From: an uncultured bacterium
GTDB taxonomy: Bacteria; Cyanobacteriota; Vampirovibrionia; Gastranaerophilales; Gastranaerophilaceae
Assembly: GCA_946622415.1 (NCBI GenBank)
Contig: CAMOPX010000006.1
Location: forward strand, 3,693 to 67,692
Reading direction: 5' to 3'
DNA length: 64,000 bases
Part shown: in pieces, positions 40,424 through 50,259 of the stretch
Layout: each line of letters starts with the position of its first letter
Numbering within the stretch: the first letter of the stretch is position 1
Notes under the pieces: model-generated
What the model saw: only the letters and a program-made list of their open reading frames with translations
Database searches by the model: none
Told to the model about the DNA's origin: nothing
Translations under genes and position numbers: made by a program

Positions 40424-42229
40424 ATGACAAAAAAACAAATTAAAGTTATGGATACATCGTTTCGTGACGGTTTTCAGTCCATATACGGAGCAAAAGTTCT
40501 TGTTGAAGATTTCATACCCGCCCTGCAAGCCGCAGTTGATGCAGGTTTAAAACATTTTGAAACAGCAGGCGGCGCAAGATTTCAAGCTCCGATATTTTTC
40601 TGCAACGAAAACAGTTTTGAAACAATGGATAAAATCAGAGCCGCTGTAGGACCTGATGTTACATTACAATCTTTAGCACGTGGCGTTAACGTTGTAGGTC
40701 TAAACTCTCAACCCCGTGATATCATTGACCTTCACGCTAAAATGTTTGCAAAACACGGAGTTAATGTTATAAGAAACTTCGACGCATTGAACGATGTTAA
40801 TAACTTAATTGATTCCGCTAATTCAATCAAAAAACATGGACTAAACCATGAAGTTACAATAACTATGATGGAATTACCCTATGGCTGCGAAGGAGCACAC
40901 GATGTTGCATTTTATGAAAGAGTTTTAAGAAACATTTTAGATTCAGGGCTTCCCTTTGATTCACTTGCATTTAAAGATGCTTCAGGAACTTCAAATCCGA
41001 GAAAAGTATATGCAACAGTAAAAATGGCGCGTGAAATATTGGGCGAAAACGCACACATTCGCTTCCACTCTCATGAAACCGCAGGAACAGGTTTAGCTGC
41101 TTATTTAGCAGCACTCGAAGGCGGTGCAGACGGAATTGACTTGGCTATGAAACCGGTTTCAGGCGGAACGGGTCAACCGGATATTATTTCCATGTGGCAT
41201 GCTCTGAAAGGTACAGATTATGACCTTGGTTTAGATATTAAAAAGATTATGGAAACCGAAGAAATATTCAAAGAATGTATGAAAGATTATCCTATTTCTC
41301 CGATTTCTTTAGCAGTTAACCCGATACTTATCCAAGCACCCCTTCCGGGTGGTGCAACAGCAACAACCGTTAACCAATTAAAAGATATGGGTATGTTGGA
41401 TAAATTCCCGAAATTAATTGCCAATATGAAAGAAGTGGTTGAACGTGGCGGTTATGCAACATCTGTTACTCCTGTTTCACAATTCTATGCTCAACAATCC
41501 TTCTTAAATGCAATTTCAGAAAAACCATGGGACCAAGCAAACCCCGGATATGCAAAAATGTTACTCGGTTACTTTGGAAAAACTCCTTGCGAACCCGATC
41601 CGGAACTTGTTAAATGGGCTTCTGAAAAATTAGGAATGGAACCCACAACAGAACATGTTGTTGATATCAACGAAAAAGACCCAGATAAAGGTATAGAAGC
41701 TGCTAAGAAGAGATTAGAAGAAGCAGGACTTCCCGTGACAGACGAAAATATCTTTATATCTGCCGCTTGTAAAGATGGAAATGTGGATAAAGGTATTGAA
41801 TTTTTACTCGGAAAAGGTGTTGTTTCCGTTAATAAATCATCAGGAGCAGTTCAAAAATCAACTTCTGCCACCTCTAAAGACGGCTGTACCGTAACGGTTA
41901 ACGGCAAGAAATATGCGGTTAAATTAAATGGTTCTAAAGCTGTTGTAAACGGAAAAGAATACGATATTGCCGTAAAAGACGGAATCGAAGAAACAAAATC
42001 TTTATCAGCAGGTGAAGGTACTGAAGTTAAAGCCGCACTCCCCGGTAATATTTTAAGAATTGAAGTTGCGGAAGGCGACGAAGTTACGGAAGGCGACGTA
42101 CTTTTGGTCGTTGAAGCAATGAAAATGGAAACAGAAATTAAATCTCCGGTTTCAGGAAAAGTTATTTCCATAGAAGTTTCTCAAGGCGATGCCGTACAAA
42201 ACGGTCAAACAATGGTAGTTATAGGTTAA
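40424..42229 (+). CDS. oadA: Oxaloacetate decarboxylase alpha subunit (carboxyltransferase + biotinyl carrier domain)
   Basis: Has VMDTSFRDGFQS, HSHETAG and the C-terminal biotinylation motif EAMKMETEI. The ATG at 40424 with SD gaggaaa is preferred over the upstream TTG at 40394. Confidence 0.9.
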   Translation: MTKKQIKVMDTSFRDGFQSIYGAKVLVEDFIPALQAAVDAGLKHFETAGGARFQAPIFFCNENSFETMDKIRAAVGPDVTLQSLARGVNVVGLNSQPRDIIDLHAKMFAKHGVNVIRNFDALNDVNNLIDSANSIKKHGLNHEVTITMMELPYGCEGAHDVAFYERVLRNILDSGLPFDSLAFKDASGTSNPRKVYATVKMAREILGENAHIRFHSHETAGTGLAAYLAALEGGADGIDLAMKPVSGGTGQPDIISMWHALKGTDYDLGLDIKKIMETEEIFKECMKDYPISPISLAVNPILIQAPLPGGATATTVNQLKDMGMLDKFPKLIANMKEVVERGGYATSVTPVSQFYAQQSFLNAISEKPWDQANPGYAKMLLGYFGKTPCEPDPELVKWASEKLGMEPTTEHVVDINEKDPDKGIEAAKKRLEEAGLPVTDENIFISAACKDGNVDKGIEFLLGKGVVSVNKSSGAVQKSTSATSKDGCTVTVNGKKYAVKLNGSKAVVNGKEYDIAVKDGIEETKSLSAGEGTEVKAALPGNILRIEVAEGDEVTEGDVLLVVEAMKMETEIKSPVSGKVISIEVSQGDAVQNGQTMVVIG

Positions 42230-42255
42230 TTATTCAGCGGAAAGGTTAATAAATT

Positions 42256-43425
42256 ATGACAGTAAATATTCAAGATGCTCTATCTAACCTTTGGAATTCT
42301 ACGGGAATAGTTAATTTTATACTTCCTGCAGATCCGAATATAGAAAATTGTGTTGAACAATTTATGCATATGTACGGTCAAATAATAATGGTATTTATAT
42401 GCCTGTTTTTATTGTGGCTCGGCATTAAAAAACAATTTGAACCTTTACTTTTGGTTCCTATTGCATTTGGCGGTTTGATTGCAAATTTCCCTTGCGACCA
42501 TTCGTTCCAACAATTCATATATTTAGTCGGAATTGACCCAAAAATCGGTATATTTCCTTTGATTATATTCATGGGTGTAGGTGCAATGACGGATTTCGGT
42601 CCTCTTATTGCAAACCCTAAGACTGCTCTTTTGGGTGGCGCTGCTCAATTCGGTATATTTGGCGCATTACTTCTTGCGCTTTGTCTTGGTTTCACATTGC
42701 CTCAAGCAGGTGCAATCGGTATCATAGGCGGTGCTGATGGCCCGACTTCAATATTTGTTACATCAAGACTCGCACCTGATTTATTGGGTGCAATTGCGGT
42801 TGCTGCTTATTCTTATATGGCATTGGTTCCTTTGATTCAACCGCCTATTATGAAAGCATTAACCACAAAAAAAGAACGTCAAATACAAATGACACAATTA
42901 AGAACAGTATCAAAAAGAGAAAAAATCACCTTCCCGCTTGTTGTTCTTATACTTTGTGCAATATTTTTACCCGATGCATGCCCGTTAGTCGGAATGTTGA
43001 CCTTCGGTAATTTATGCAGAGAATGCGGAGTTGTTGAAAGATTATCCAACACTATGCAAAACGCATTAATCAATATTGTTACGATTTTCTTGGGTCTTGC
43101 AGTCGGATTAAAACTTCAATTTGACCATTTCTTAACACTTGAAACATTGAAAATTCTTGTACTTGGTATTTTAGCATTCTCACTTGCAACAGCAGCAGGC
43201 GTAATTATGGCAAAAATATTAAATCTGTTTTCAAAAACAAAAATCAATCCGCTCATTGGTTCTGCAGGTGTTTCTGCAGTGCCTATGGCAGCCAGAGTAG
43301 CAAACAAAGTCGGTTTAGAAGAAAATCCTCAAAACTTCCTTTTAATGCACGCTATGGGACCTAATGTTGCAGGTGTAATCGGTTCTGCGGTTGCAGCAGG
43401 CGTATTATTATCAATATGCAAATAA
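42256..43425 (+). CDS. oadB: Oxaloacetate decarboxylase beta subunit (Na+ pump)
   Basis: 389 aa polytopic protein. Has [25 protein letters not shown] and [15 protein letters not shown]. Confidence 0.92.
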   Translation: MTVNIQDALSNLWNSTGIVNFILPADPNIENCVEQFMHMYGQIIMVFICLFLLWLGIKKQFEPLLLVPIAFGGLIANFPCDHSFQQFIYLVGIDPKIGIFPLIIFMGVGAMTDFGPLIANPKTALLGGAAQFGIFGALLLALCLGFTLPQAGAIGIIGGADGPTSIFVTSRLAPDLLGAIAVAAYSYMALVPLIQPPIMKALTTKKERQIQMTQLRTVSKREKITFPLVVLILCAIFLPDACPLVGMLTFGNLCRECGVVERLSNTMQNALINIVTIFLGLAVGLKLQFDHFLTLETLKILVLGILAFSLATAAGVIMAKILNLFSKTKINPLIGSAGVSAVPMAARVANKVGLEENPQNFLLMHAMGPNVAGVIGSAVAAGVLLSICK

Positions 43426-43443
43426 AAATATGATAAAACAATA

Positions 43444-43477
43444 AAAAAACCGATACTTTTGAGTATCGGTTTTTTTA
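43444..43477. terminator. Bidirectional terminator between oadB and the 461-aa gene
   Basis: A-run, then ccgatact / agtatcgg (43450-43469), then a T-run. The T-run overlaps the stop codon of the minus-strand gene. Confidence 0.75.
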
Positions 43478-44860
43478 TTCTAAAGCCATTTTTTGCGCAT
43501 TTGAAACACACAAAAGCAAATCCACCATTTTATATATATCTTCCTGTTTTAAATCTTTATCGCAATCGGATTCATCTATCATTACTTTTAATTTAAGCTC
43601 TTTTTCTATCCTATCCAATGCAACGGAAGGTCTGGAGGAAGTTTCAATAATTTCGCGCATTTTATCAATATCATAGCTCAAGGGTTTATCGGGCGGAGTT
43701 TGTTTTTTTATTTCGTCAATTACCGTTAAAAATTCTTTTTGATAATCAATTTCGGCTGCCGAATCTTCATCTTCTTCGTTTTGACTATTTATTAGTCCTA
43801 TCAATTCGGATAATTTATCATCATCAAGCACCGGATAATCTTTGTCCTCCGGTTCGTAACTTTCAGCTTTCCAATTGTATATCCAGCTATCGTCGTACAA
43901 CCCTACTAATTTTATACATTCAATCAGTGCCTCACTTCTTCCCCAAGGAGAAGTGGCATGGGTTCGATTTGTATAATTATATTTTTCACAAAAATTCGCC
44001 CAAGATTTTGCAATACGTTTATTGTATTCTAAAATCCTTTGATGATTCAAAGTAGAAGAAATTTCAGCAAACTTATTAACATCTTTATCAAACAATTCGA
44101 GTTGTTTTTTTGCATCAAGCATTATATGCGCATATTGGCTATCTATTCCCATTCCCTTACTTATAATATCATCAAGATTAGAATATCCTGCTTTTCTTAT
44201 GACGGTATTAACTGTTTCATTAAGGTTGGGATTTGAACTTTCGACTAATTTAACACCTTCTGTATTTTTAAATTCAGCCGAAGTTGATAAATCGCTTACT
44301 CTTAATTTTCCTTTTTGAATATCAGGGTTATATTTCACTATATAGCTGCCTTCGGGTATTTTTATATTTCCTCTTAAATAAAAATCATCCCACTTTCCGC
44401 CCAAAATATCTTCATTTTGGACACCATCCATTGTTTTATTAAAAGGAAGAATTATTCCGTATTTCATTTGATGCCAACCTTCACCATACATATGTTCATG
44501 GACAACATGATTCAGGGCAAAGTGAACGGTTGAACGATATTTTCCCGCACCGCTTTCATCTTTTGTGGCATTTTTTGTTGAAATAATTTTACCATCTATA
44601 GGTACATAATTTGTCATATGAACAAGCGCTAAATTATCAGGATTCATATCCTTAAATTTTTTCATGGGTTTTACTTCGCACCCATCGAATAAATCATTAT
44701 TGCAATCGTAGTACTTAACATCCGGATTGGCGGAAAATGAAACCGTATCATTTTTTATATAATTATTTTTTAACGACGGATTTAAAACTCGATTATATTT
44801 AATATTTTGTATATTGTTTAATGAGGAAATTTTCATATATAAATTAAAGCAATAAGACAT
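43475..44860 (-). CDS. Hypothetical protein (orphan, 461 aa in the long ORF)
   Basis: No recognised family; acidic C-terminal half. The probable true start is the ATG at 44836 (MKISSLNN...), see the promoter feature. Confidence 0.45.
   Translation of the reverse strand: MSYCFNLYMKISSLNNIQNIKYNRVLNPSLKNNYIKNDTVSFSANPDVKYYDCNNDLFDGCEVKPMKKFKDMNPDNLALVHMTNYVPIDGKIISTKNATKDESGAGKYRSTVHFALNHVVHEHMYGEGWHQMKYGIILPFNKTMDGVQNEDILGGKWDDFYLRGNIKIPEGSYIVKYNPDIQKGKLRVSDLSTSAEFKNTEGVKLVESSNPNLNETVNTVIRKAGYSNLDDIISKGMGIDSQYAHIMLDAKKQLELFDKDVNKFAEISSTLNHQRILEYNKRIAKSWANFCEKYNYTNRTHATSPWGRSEALIECIKLVGLYDDSWIYNWKAESYEPEDKDYPVLDDDKLSELIGLINSQNEEDEDSAAEIDYQKEFLTVIDEIKKQTPPDKPLSYDIDKMREIIETSSRPSVALDRIEKELKLKVMIDESDCDKDLKQEDIYKMVDLLLCVSNAQKMALE
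44837..44851 (-). promoter_or_regulatory. Extended -10 element placed for a leaderless transcript of the 461-aa gene
   Basis: The minus strand reads TGcTTTAAT + ttatat (6 nt) + ATG (44836). Confidence 0.45.
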
Positions 44861-44898
44861 TATGAATTGTCAGTAATTTAATTAATATTAAATTTTTT

Positions 44899-46647
44899 TT
44901 ACAATTCTTCTTTTAAAAGATATTCAGCGAGTTTTTGTTCGGTTGTTCCGTTTAATCTTTTTGAAATTTTCTTTAGTTTTTGACTAATAAGCTCCATTTC
45001 ATCAGTCCAAACAAAGTAATCATTAACGTATTTTTCACCTGCTGAAAAATCCTTACTCAGTTGAACCTTGATAATTTCCGAGAGCATTTTTTGCGCCGTC
45101 GGCACCATTTTTTCTATATCTATTGATAAAAAACCATCCGATGAAATTGAAATAGCTTTATTTAAAATAAAATAGTAATTTTGCATAACCGAGCGAACTC
45201 TGTGTGCTTGCGATAATTCCGGTTTTGATTTTAACATATTATCTGCCGCGTATGTTACTATTATTTTATTTCTTTCTTCTTTTGTGTATAATCCGGCATC
45301 AGTCAAAACATCAAGCATAGAAAGAGAAACCATATCAGCTTTATTTTCTTCAATAATTGATTTATATTTACCGAGTGCTTCCGTTCCTTCTTTTGGTCCT
45401 AAAGAATGCCCGTTTTCATGACCAATCGTAAACGGGTGATCCATTTTATCGTCATAAAATTTGTGAAAATTTTTATCTAAAATATTATCGAGTCTTTCTT
45501 GCAGTTTTTGTTTTGCATCTTCTGACGTTATAAATCTTATTTGTCTGTGGTAAACGTTTCTTCTTCCGCCACCTATGGTTAAAGACAATTTGTCATTGTT
45601 GGGTAAATTTTCAGCCAAAGTTATCCCTGCTCTAAATGCACCCACATCACCCGCAACATCAACCAAATCCACATCCACCATGGTTTGTGATATTTCATTC
45701 TTATCGGAAATTACTTGTTGATATTCGTCATTATAGGGCATATTTTTTGCCATTAGAGGCAAGTATTCTTTAACTTTTAAAATATAATCAGTACCTTCTT
45801 TATTGACTATACCTACTCTTGCACCCAGATAATCTTTTGAAATTACTTCTATATTGTTTTTATCGAGTAGATTTTTTAATTCTTCATTTTCAAGAACCGT
45901 TTCCGTCATTGTATCAGAGTAATTTTCTCTGGTTATTGTAAATTCAAGAGGAGTATCCTGCATTTTTGCCCATTTTCTATCCGCATAAGCATCCAGCATA
46001 GGATCCGCAACCAAAAATGCCTGTGCTTGAAGTCTTAAATATTCGTTAAAATCTATATTTGTCGAAAGACAGCTCGCTCTCAACAATAATTCCGCAGCAT
46101 TTTTAAAATCCTCTGAGAATTTATCCACATAATCAATTGCGACAAGTTCTTCTTTGCTTTCTTTATCCCATTCAATAACACTTCTTTGGTTTAATATTTT
46201 CCTTACGAGTTCAATCTTTCCATCTTTTATATATTTTATTAAAATATTATGAAATTTTTCTACGGTTAAATCCTCCGGATAGAAACCTCTGCCGCCCTTA
46301 AATTCCAATTCTTTTGCAAGGATTACCATATTAGATTCACAATCAAGAGAAAAAATTCCTTTTTGCGCATCAAACAATATTTTTGTTAATTTTGCCCTTT
46401 CATCGCCTTTTTTAATTTCATCTTCCAAGTATTTTTTAAAAGGTAAATTGTGACAAGAATCAAGCTCCATATTTATTTTTTCTATAATTCTTGCTGCTTT
46501 AACAAGATAAGAAAGAGCGTTTTTATCTCCGTCTGCAAGGTTATTAAATTCAGGCGAATCAACATCAAGCATTTTTTTGGTGACCAAACAGTCTTTTGAA
46601 GTTCTTTTCTTTAATTCATCTAAATCGAGATTGCATTCGTATTTCAT
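44899..46647 (-). CDS. Zinc metallopeptidase, dipeptidyl-peptidase III (M49)-like with pentapeptide HEXXH
   Basis: 582 aa. Has FTIGHENGHSLGP followed ~25 aa later by IIEENKADMV (compare the M49 motifs HEXXGH / EECRAE). SD aagaggaaa / taggat upstream. Confidence 0.5.
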   Translation of the reverse strand: MKYECNLDLDELKKRTSKDCLVTKKMLDVDSPEFNNLADGDKNALSYLVKAARIIEKINMELDSCHNLPFKKYLEDEIKKGDERAKLTKILFDAQKGIFSLDCESNMVILAKELEFKGGRGFYPEDLTVEKFHNILIKYIKDGKIELVRKILNQRSVIEWDKESKEELVAIDYVDKFSEDFKNAAELLLRASCLSTNIDFNEYLRLQAQAFLVADPMLDAYADRKWAKMQDTPLEFTITRENYSDTMTETVLENEELKNLLDKNNIEVISKDYLGARVGIVNKEGTDYILKVKEYLPLMAKNMPYNDEYQQVISDKNEISQTMVDVDLVDVAGDVGAFRAGITLAENLPNNDKLSLTIGGGRRNVYHRQIRFITSEDAKQKLQERLDNILDKNFHKFYDDKMDHPFTIGHENGHSLGPKEGTEALGKYKSIIEENKADMVSLSMLDVLTDAGLYTKEERNKIIVTYAADNMLKSKPELSQAHRVRSVMQNYYFILNKAISISSDGFLSIDIEKMVPTAQKMLSEIIKVQLSKDFSAGEKYVNDYFVWTDEMELISQKLKKISKRLNGTTEQKLAEYLLKEEL

Positions 46648-46722
46648 TTTCTATCCTAATTTCCTCTTAATTTTTCAACATATTATATCATTATATTTAA
46701 AATATTTCACTATAAATCAAAA

Positions 46723-47565
46723 TTAATTATAGTTAAAAACAAATGTTCTCTTGCATTTAAAACCGTCAGGATAAGAATTTTGGGTTGAATATGAAACCAT
46801 ATTGTCTTTTTTATTCATATCTATCGATATTCCCTGCTTTCCTTCCATATCACCGTCGTGAATTTCTTCAGGCGACATAAATAAAATTTGCATTTTTCCT
46901 TTGCCGTCTTTTTCTTTGGACATAATTAAAATGCCATCATCAGAAACAGTGGTCTTGTTTTGGAGTTTTGAATCTTTGTTATTCTTATAAAATTCTTCCA
47001 TTAATTCGGCACAAGTATCATTTTCTCCATCGAAAAACTCCCTCTTTACAGCCTTTATTAAATCGTATGCTAAAAAGTTTTTTTCTTTATAGGTTTTTTC
47101 CGAATCATTTGATAAATTAATTTCAACTACGTTATCGCCTTTTCTGTACGCAAGAAAGTATTTGCTTATTAATAAATCGGAATCTTCTCCCGTAGGATAT
47201 TTGTATAAGTACCTTTTCCCACCGGAATATATTGCGGTAGTTTGCATATTTTCTTCTATATTATCAAAAAATCTTCCTTTGCCTTGATTTTGTTGATAAA
47301 GACTTCTCAAGATTTTTATCGCTTTTTTATGGTCGTTACTGTCAATTGCTTTATTAATACCCAAGCTTGCTCTTGATATATTTTTTCCGTAATTTTGTTC
47401 AAAATTTATCTTGTTATATGAGCCTGAAAGTTCCAATGCAGAATAATCAAAACCTCTTTCTGTATTTGTTTTTAAGGATTGCAAACTGTTTTTATTCTGA
47501 TTTGTTCTTAAAACCAAACTGTGTGACGTTATTCCGTTTATTTTCATATACAGATTGTAACACAT
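46723..47565 (-). CDS. Hypothetical protein (orphan, 280 aa in the long ORF)
   Basis: No recognised family. The probable true start is the ATG at 47547 (MKINGITS...). Confidence 0.45.
   Translation of the reverse strand: MCYNLYMKINGITSHSLVLRTNQNKNSLQSLKTNTERGFDYSALELSGSYNKINFEQNYGKNISRASLGINKAIDSNDHKKAIKILRSLYQQNQGKGRFFDNIEENMQTTAIYSGGKRYLYKYPTGEDSDLLISKYFLAYRKGDNVVEINLSNDSEKTYKEKNFLAYDLIKAVKREFFDGENDTCAELMEEFYKNNKDSKLQNKTTVSDDGILIMSKEKDGKGKMQILFMSPEEIHDGDMEGKQGISIDMNKKDNMVSYSTQNSYPDGFKCKRTFVFNYN
47548..47562 (-). promoter_or_regulatory. Extended -10 element placed for a leaderless transcript of the 280-aa gene
   Basis: The minus strand reads TGtTACAAT + ctgtat (6 nt) + ATG (47547). Confidence 0.45.
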
Positions 47566-47631
47566 TATGTCCGCTTTATAATAAAATATTTAAATATATT
47601 AAGCTATCATATAAATCAATTTTCAAGTTTT

Positions 47632-47646
47632 TGGTATAATAAGATA
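47632..47646 (+). promoter_or_regulatory. Extended -10 element placed for a leaderless MFS transcript
   Basis: TGgTATAAT + aagata (6 nt) + GTG at 47647. Confidence 0.45.
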
Positions 47647-48903
47647 GTGAATAATATTACACTCCACAAAAAACACTACTTAAGATTATCATTAATTATT
47701 ATAGCAACAGTATTTTACTTTTTAGCCAATATACAAAGAGTTGCTATTCCGGGAGCAATTTTTGATTTATTACAGAATGATTTAGCCGCCTGTGCATCTA
47801 AAATAACCTTGTTAGGTGCAATTTTTTGCTATATTTATGCAATAACGCAACTTGTTGTCGGATTAATGGTGGATAAAATAGGAGGGTTTAGGGTAATTGC
47901 AATTGGCGCTGTTGCTTTTGCTTTGGGCGCAATATTATTCCCACACAGTCAATCATTTTTCGGATTGTATATTTCAAGAGCGCTTGTCGGATTTGGTTCT
48001 GCAACCTTTTATTTAAGCGCCGTGAGAGAAGTTAAAAAATACGTTCACGATAAGAATTTCACTCTTGCAATTTCTTATATTTTGTTTTTTGGTTACAGCG
48101 GAGGTATAATCGCAAATGCACCTTTGGTTTCCGTAATAAATAAAACAAGCTGGCAAGCCGTATTTTATTTTATAGGATTTTTCAGTTTATTTTTATGTGT
48201 TTTATATTTAATTCTTTTATTTATTTTTAAACCCGTTCATTCGGAAAAAGAAACAAGGTTTTCTTTTGCACCGTTTAAAGAAATTTTAACCAACAAGGAT
48301 AACATAATCCTTTACTTGTTCGGAAGCACAAATTATGGACTGTATTATGTTTTGCAGAGTGTTATAGGAAAAAAATTCTTACAGGATTTTTGTTATTATA
48401 ATGTATCTGATAGTGCGATTGTATTATCAATTATGGCTTTGATTTCAGCGATTGCAGGCACAATAACCGCATATATTTCAAGATGTATGAACAATAAACG
48501 TACAGGAATATTCAGAACGTATGCAATACTTTCTTTTTTATCTTCTCTTTCGGTTTGTTTATTTTTGATACTTGATATTCATACAAAAATTATTGCATTT
48601 ATATTTTTAATCCCTTCTTTTATCGGGAGTATCTCACCTATTCTTATTTTGACGTTGCATATAATAAACAGATACGAAGTTTCAGCAACCGCCGTTGCAA
48701 TTCAAAATTTCGGATTTTTTATGATGGTAGGGATTTTAGGTACACTATCAGGGGTTTTGATGAATTTGTTTGAACCCGTAAAAACAGGTAATGCCTTAAT
48801 TTATCCGAACAATTCATATTTATTGGTTTTTGGAGTGTTTTTAGTACTTAGTATTGTAGAAGTTATTTGCGCTTTTAAAACTAAAGACAACTACGGAAAA
48901 TAA
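47647..48903 (+). CDS. MFS transporter (12-TMS type)
   Basis: 418 aa with about 12 hydrophobic spans and the motif-A-like GLMVDKIGGFRV. GTG start. Confidence 0.75.
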   Translation: MNNITLHKKHYLRLSLIIIATVFYFLANIQRVAIPGAIFDLLQNDLAACASKITLLGAIFCYIYAITQLVVGLMVDKIGGFRVIAIGAVAFALGAILFPHSQSFFGLYISRALVGFGSATFYLSAVREVKKYVHDKNFTLAISYILFFGYSGGIIANAPLVSVINKTSWQAVFYFIGFFSLFLCVLYLILLFIFKPVHSEKETRFSFAPFKEILTNKDNIILYLFGSTNYGLYYVLQSVIGKKFLQDFCYYNVSDSAIVLSIMALISAIAGTITAYISRCMNNKRTGIFRTYAILSFLSSLSVCLFLILDIHTKIIAFIFLIPSFIGSISPILILTLHIINRYEVSATAVAIQNFGFFMMVGILGTLSGVLMNLFEPVKTGNALIYPNNSYLLVFGVFLVLSIVEVICAFKTKDNYGK

Positions 48904-48940
48904 AGTTTTTGATTAACGATTTTTATAATAAAATATTTTT

Positions 48941-49501
48941 ATGAATATCATTTTAGCAAGCGCTTCTCCGAGAAGAAAAGAAATACTTAAATCTAAAGGG
49001 TACGATTTTAAAATAATCCCTTCCTCTTATGATGAAAACATTACATCAAAAAAATATTCAAAAGAGCTTGTTGAATTTTGCGCATACAATAAGGCACTTG
49101 ATGTATTAAAAAACAATAACGACTCTGTCATTGTATCGGCAGATACAGTCGTTGTAATTGATGATATAATTTTAGGAAAACCAAAAGATAAACTTGATGC
49201 TTTTAACACTTTAAAAAAATTATCCGACAGAACTCATTTTGTTTCTACTTCGATATGCATTTTATCTTCATCAAAAAAAATTACTGCAACGGATACAACT
49301 TATGTAACCTTTAGAACATTAAGCGATGAAGACATAACAAAATATATTGAAACCAAAAACCCGTTAGATAAAGCAGGAAGCTATGGAATACAAGATGACG
49401 GATTTGATTTTTGTATAAAAACCGAAGGTGAAATCGATAATATTATCGGTTTTCCTCTAAAATTATTTGAAGAAAAATTGAAAGAATTTAATAAGGAATA
49501 A
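48941..49501 (+). CDS. maf: Maf-like nucleoside triphosphate pyrophosphatase
   Basis: 186 aa. Has ILASASPRRKEIL, SADTVV, GKP and KAGSYGIQ. Confidence 0.88.
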   Translation: MNIILASASPRRKEILKSKGYDFKIIPSSYDENITSKKYSKELVEFCAYNKALDVLKNNNDSVIVSADTVVVIDDIILGKPKDKLDAFNTLKKLSDRTHFVSTSICILSSSKKITATDTTYVTFRTLSDEDITKYIETKNPLDKAGSYGIQDDGFDFCIKTEGEIDNIIGFPLKLFEEKLKEFNKE

Positions 49502-49504
49502 AAT

Positions 49505-49993
49505 ATGGAACAAGATATAGAACAATCAGAAAGCCAAGAAATCTCGAGAGTAGAATATATAAGAGAACTAATTGCGGATTCAAGATATGATGACGCAATG
49601 GAAATGTTGCAAATAGCAATGGATGAAGAACCTGACAACATAGACTATAATTACGAATTAGCCAGAATATTTATGGAGATGGGTAATTACGCTTCAGCAA
49701 TTTCTAATTTAGAATTGGTAGCAGATGGGGTCAGAAATCATTTGATATATTATATGCTTGCAGAAGCCTATCAAGCAGATGACCAGATAGATAGAGCAAT
49801 AGGTTCATACTTAAAAGCTCTAATGCTCAACGAAAAATTTGCACCTGCATATAAAAAACTAGGTACACTGTTTTTAGGCAGAAACGATAAAGAATCCGCA
49901 ATAGAATACTTTGAAGACTATATCAAGCTTGATATCCCCCAAGAAGAAAAAGAACAAACAAAAAAAATTCTATCAAGAATTAAAGGAGGATAA
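49505..49993 (+). CDS. TPR repeat protein
   Basis: 162 aa with about 3 TPR-like units (A..Y...A..Y......A...Y.KAL.L...). Confidence 0.65.
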   Translation: MEQDIEQSESQEISRVEYIRELIADSRYDDAMEMLQIAMDEEPDNIDYNYELARIFMEMGNYASAISNLELVADGVRNHLIYYMLAEAYQADDQIDRAIGSYLKALMLNEKFAPAYKKLGTLFLGRNDKESAIEYFEDYIKLDIPQEEKEQTKKILSRIKGG

Positions 49994-49995
49994 AA

Positions 49996-50259
49996 ATGCA
50001 AGAAGCAAAAAATGTTGAAATTTACACTCTCGATTATTGCCCTTATTGTATGAAAGCAAAGATTTTTCTTGACGAGCATAATGTAGAATATAAAGAAATA
50101 TCCTGCGAAGATGATGAAGAAAATTTCAGAAAAAAATTAACTGAAAAATACAACCTGCCCAACCTTGCAACTTTTCCGCAAATCATTATAAACGGAGAAA
50201 ACATAGGCGGTTATAGCGATTTAATAGATAAATTCGGCAGAGGCGAAATAAGTTTTTAA
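49996..50259 (+). CDS. grxC: Glutaredoxin
   Basis: 87 aa. Has the CPYC active site, TFPQIIING..IGGYSDL. Confidence 0.88.
   Translation: MQEAKNVEIYTLDYCPYCMKAKIFLDEHNVEYKEISCEDDEENFRKKLTEKYNLPNLATFPQIIINGENIGGYSDLIDKFGRGEISF

Noticed and set aside
44837-44860. Shared N-terminal peptide (MSYCFNLYMKI vs MCYNLYMKI at 47548-47565) of the two orphan proteins, considered as a possible novel secretion or targeting signal.
   Set aside because: The similarity is confined to the codons that coincide with the TGn-TAnnAT-N6 promoter element found at many unrelated genes. It is better explained as translated promoter DNA upstream of the real MKI start.
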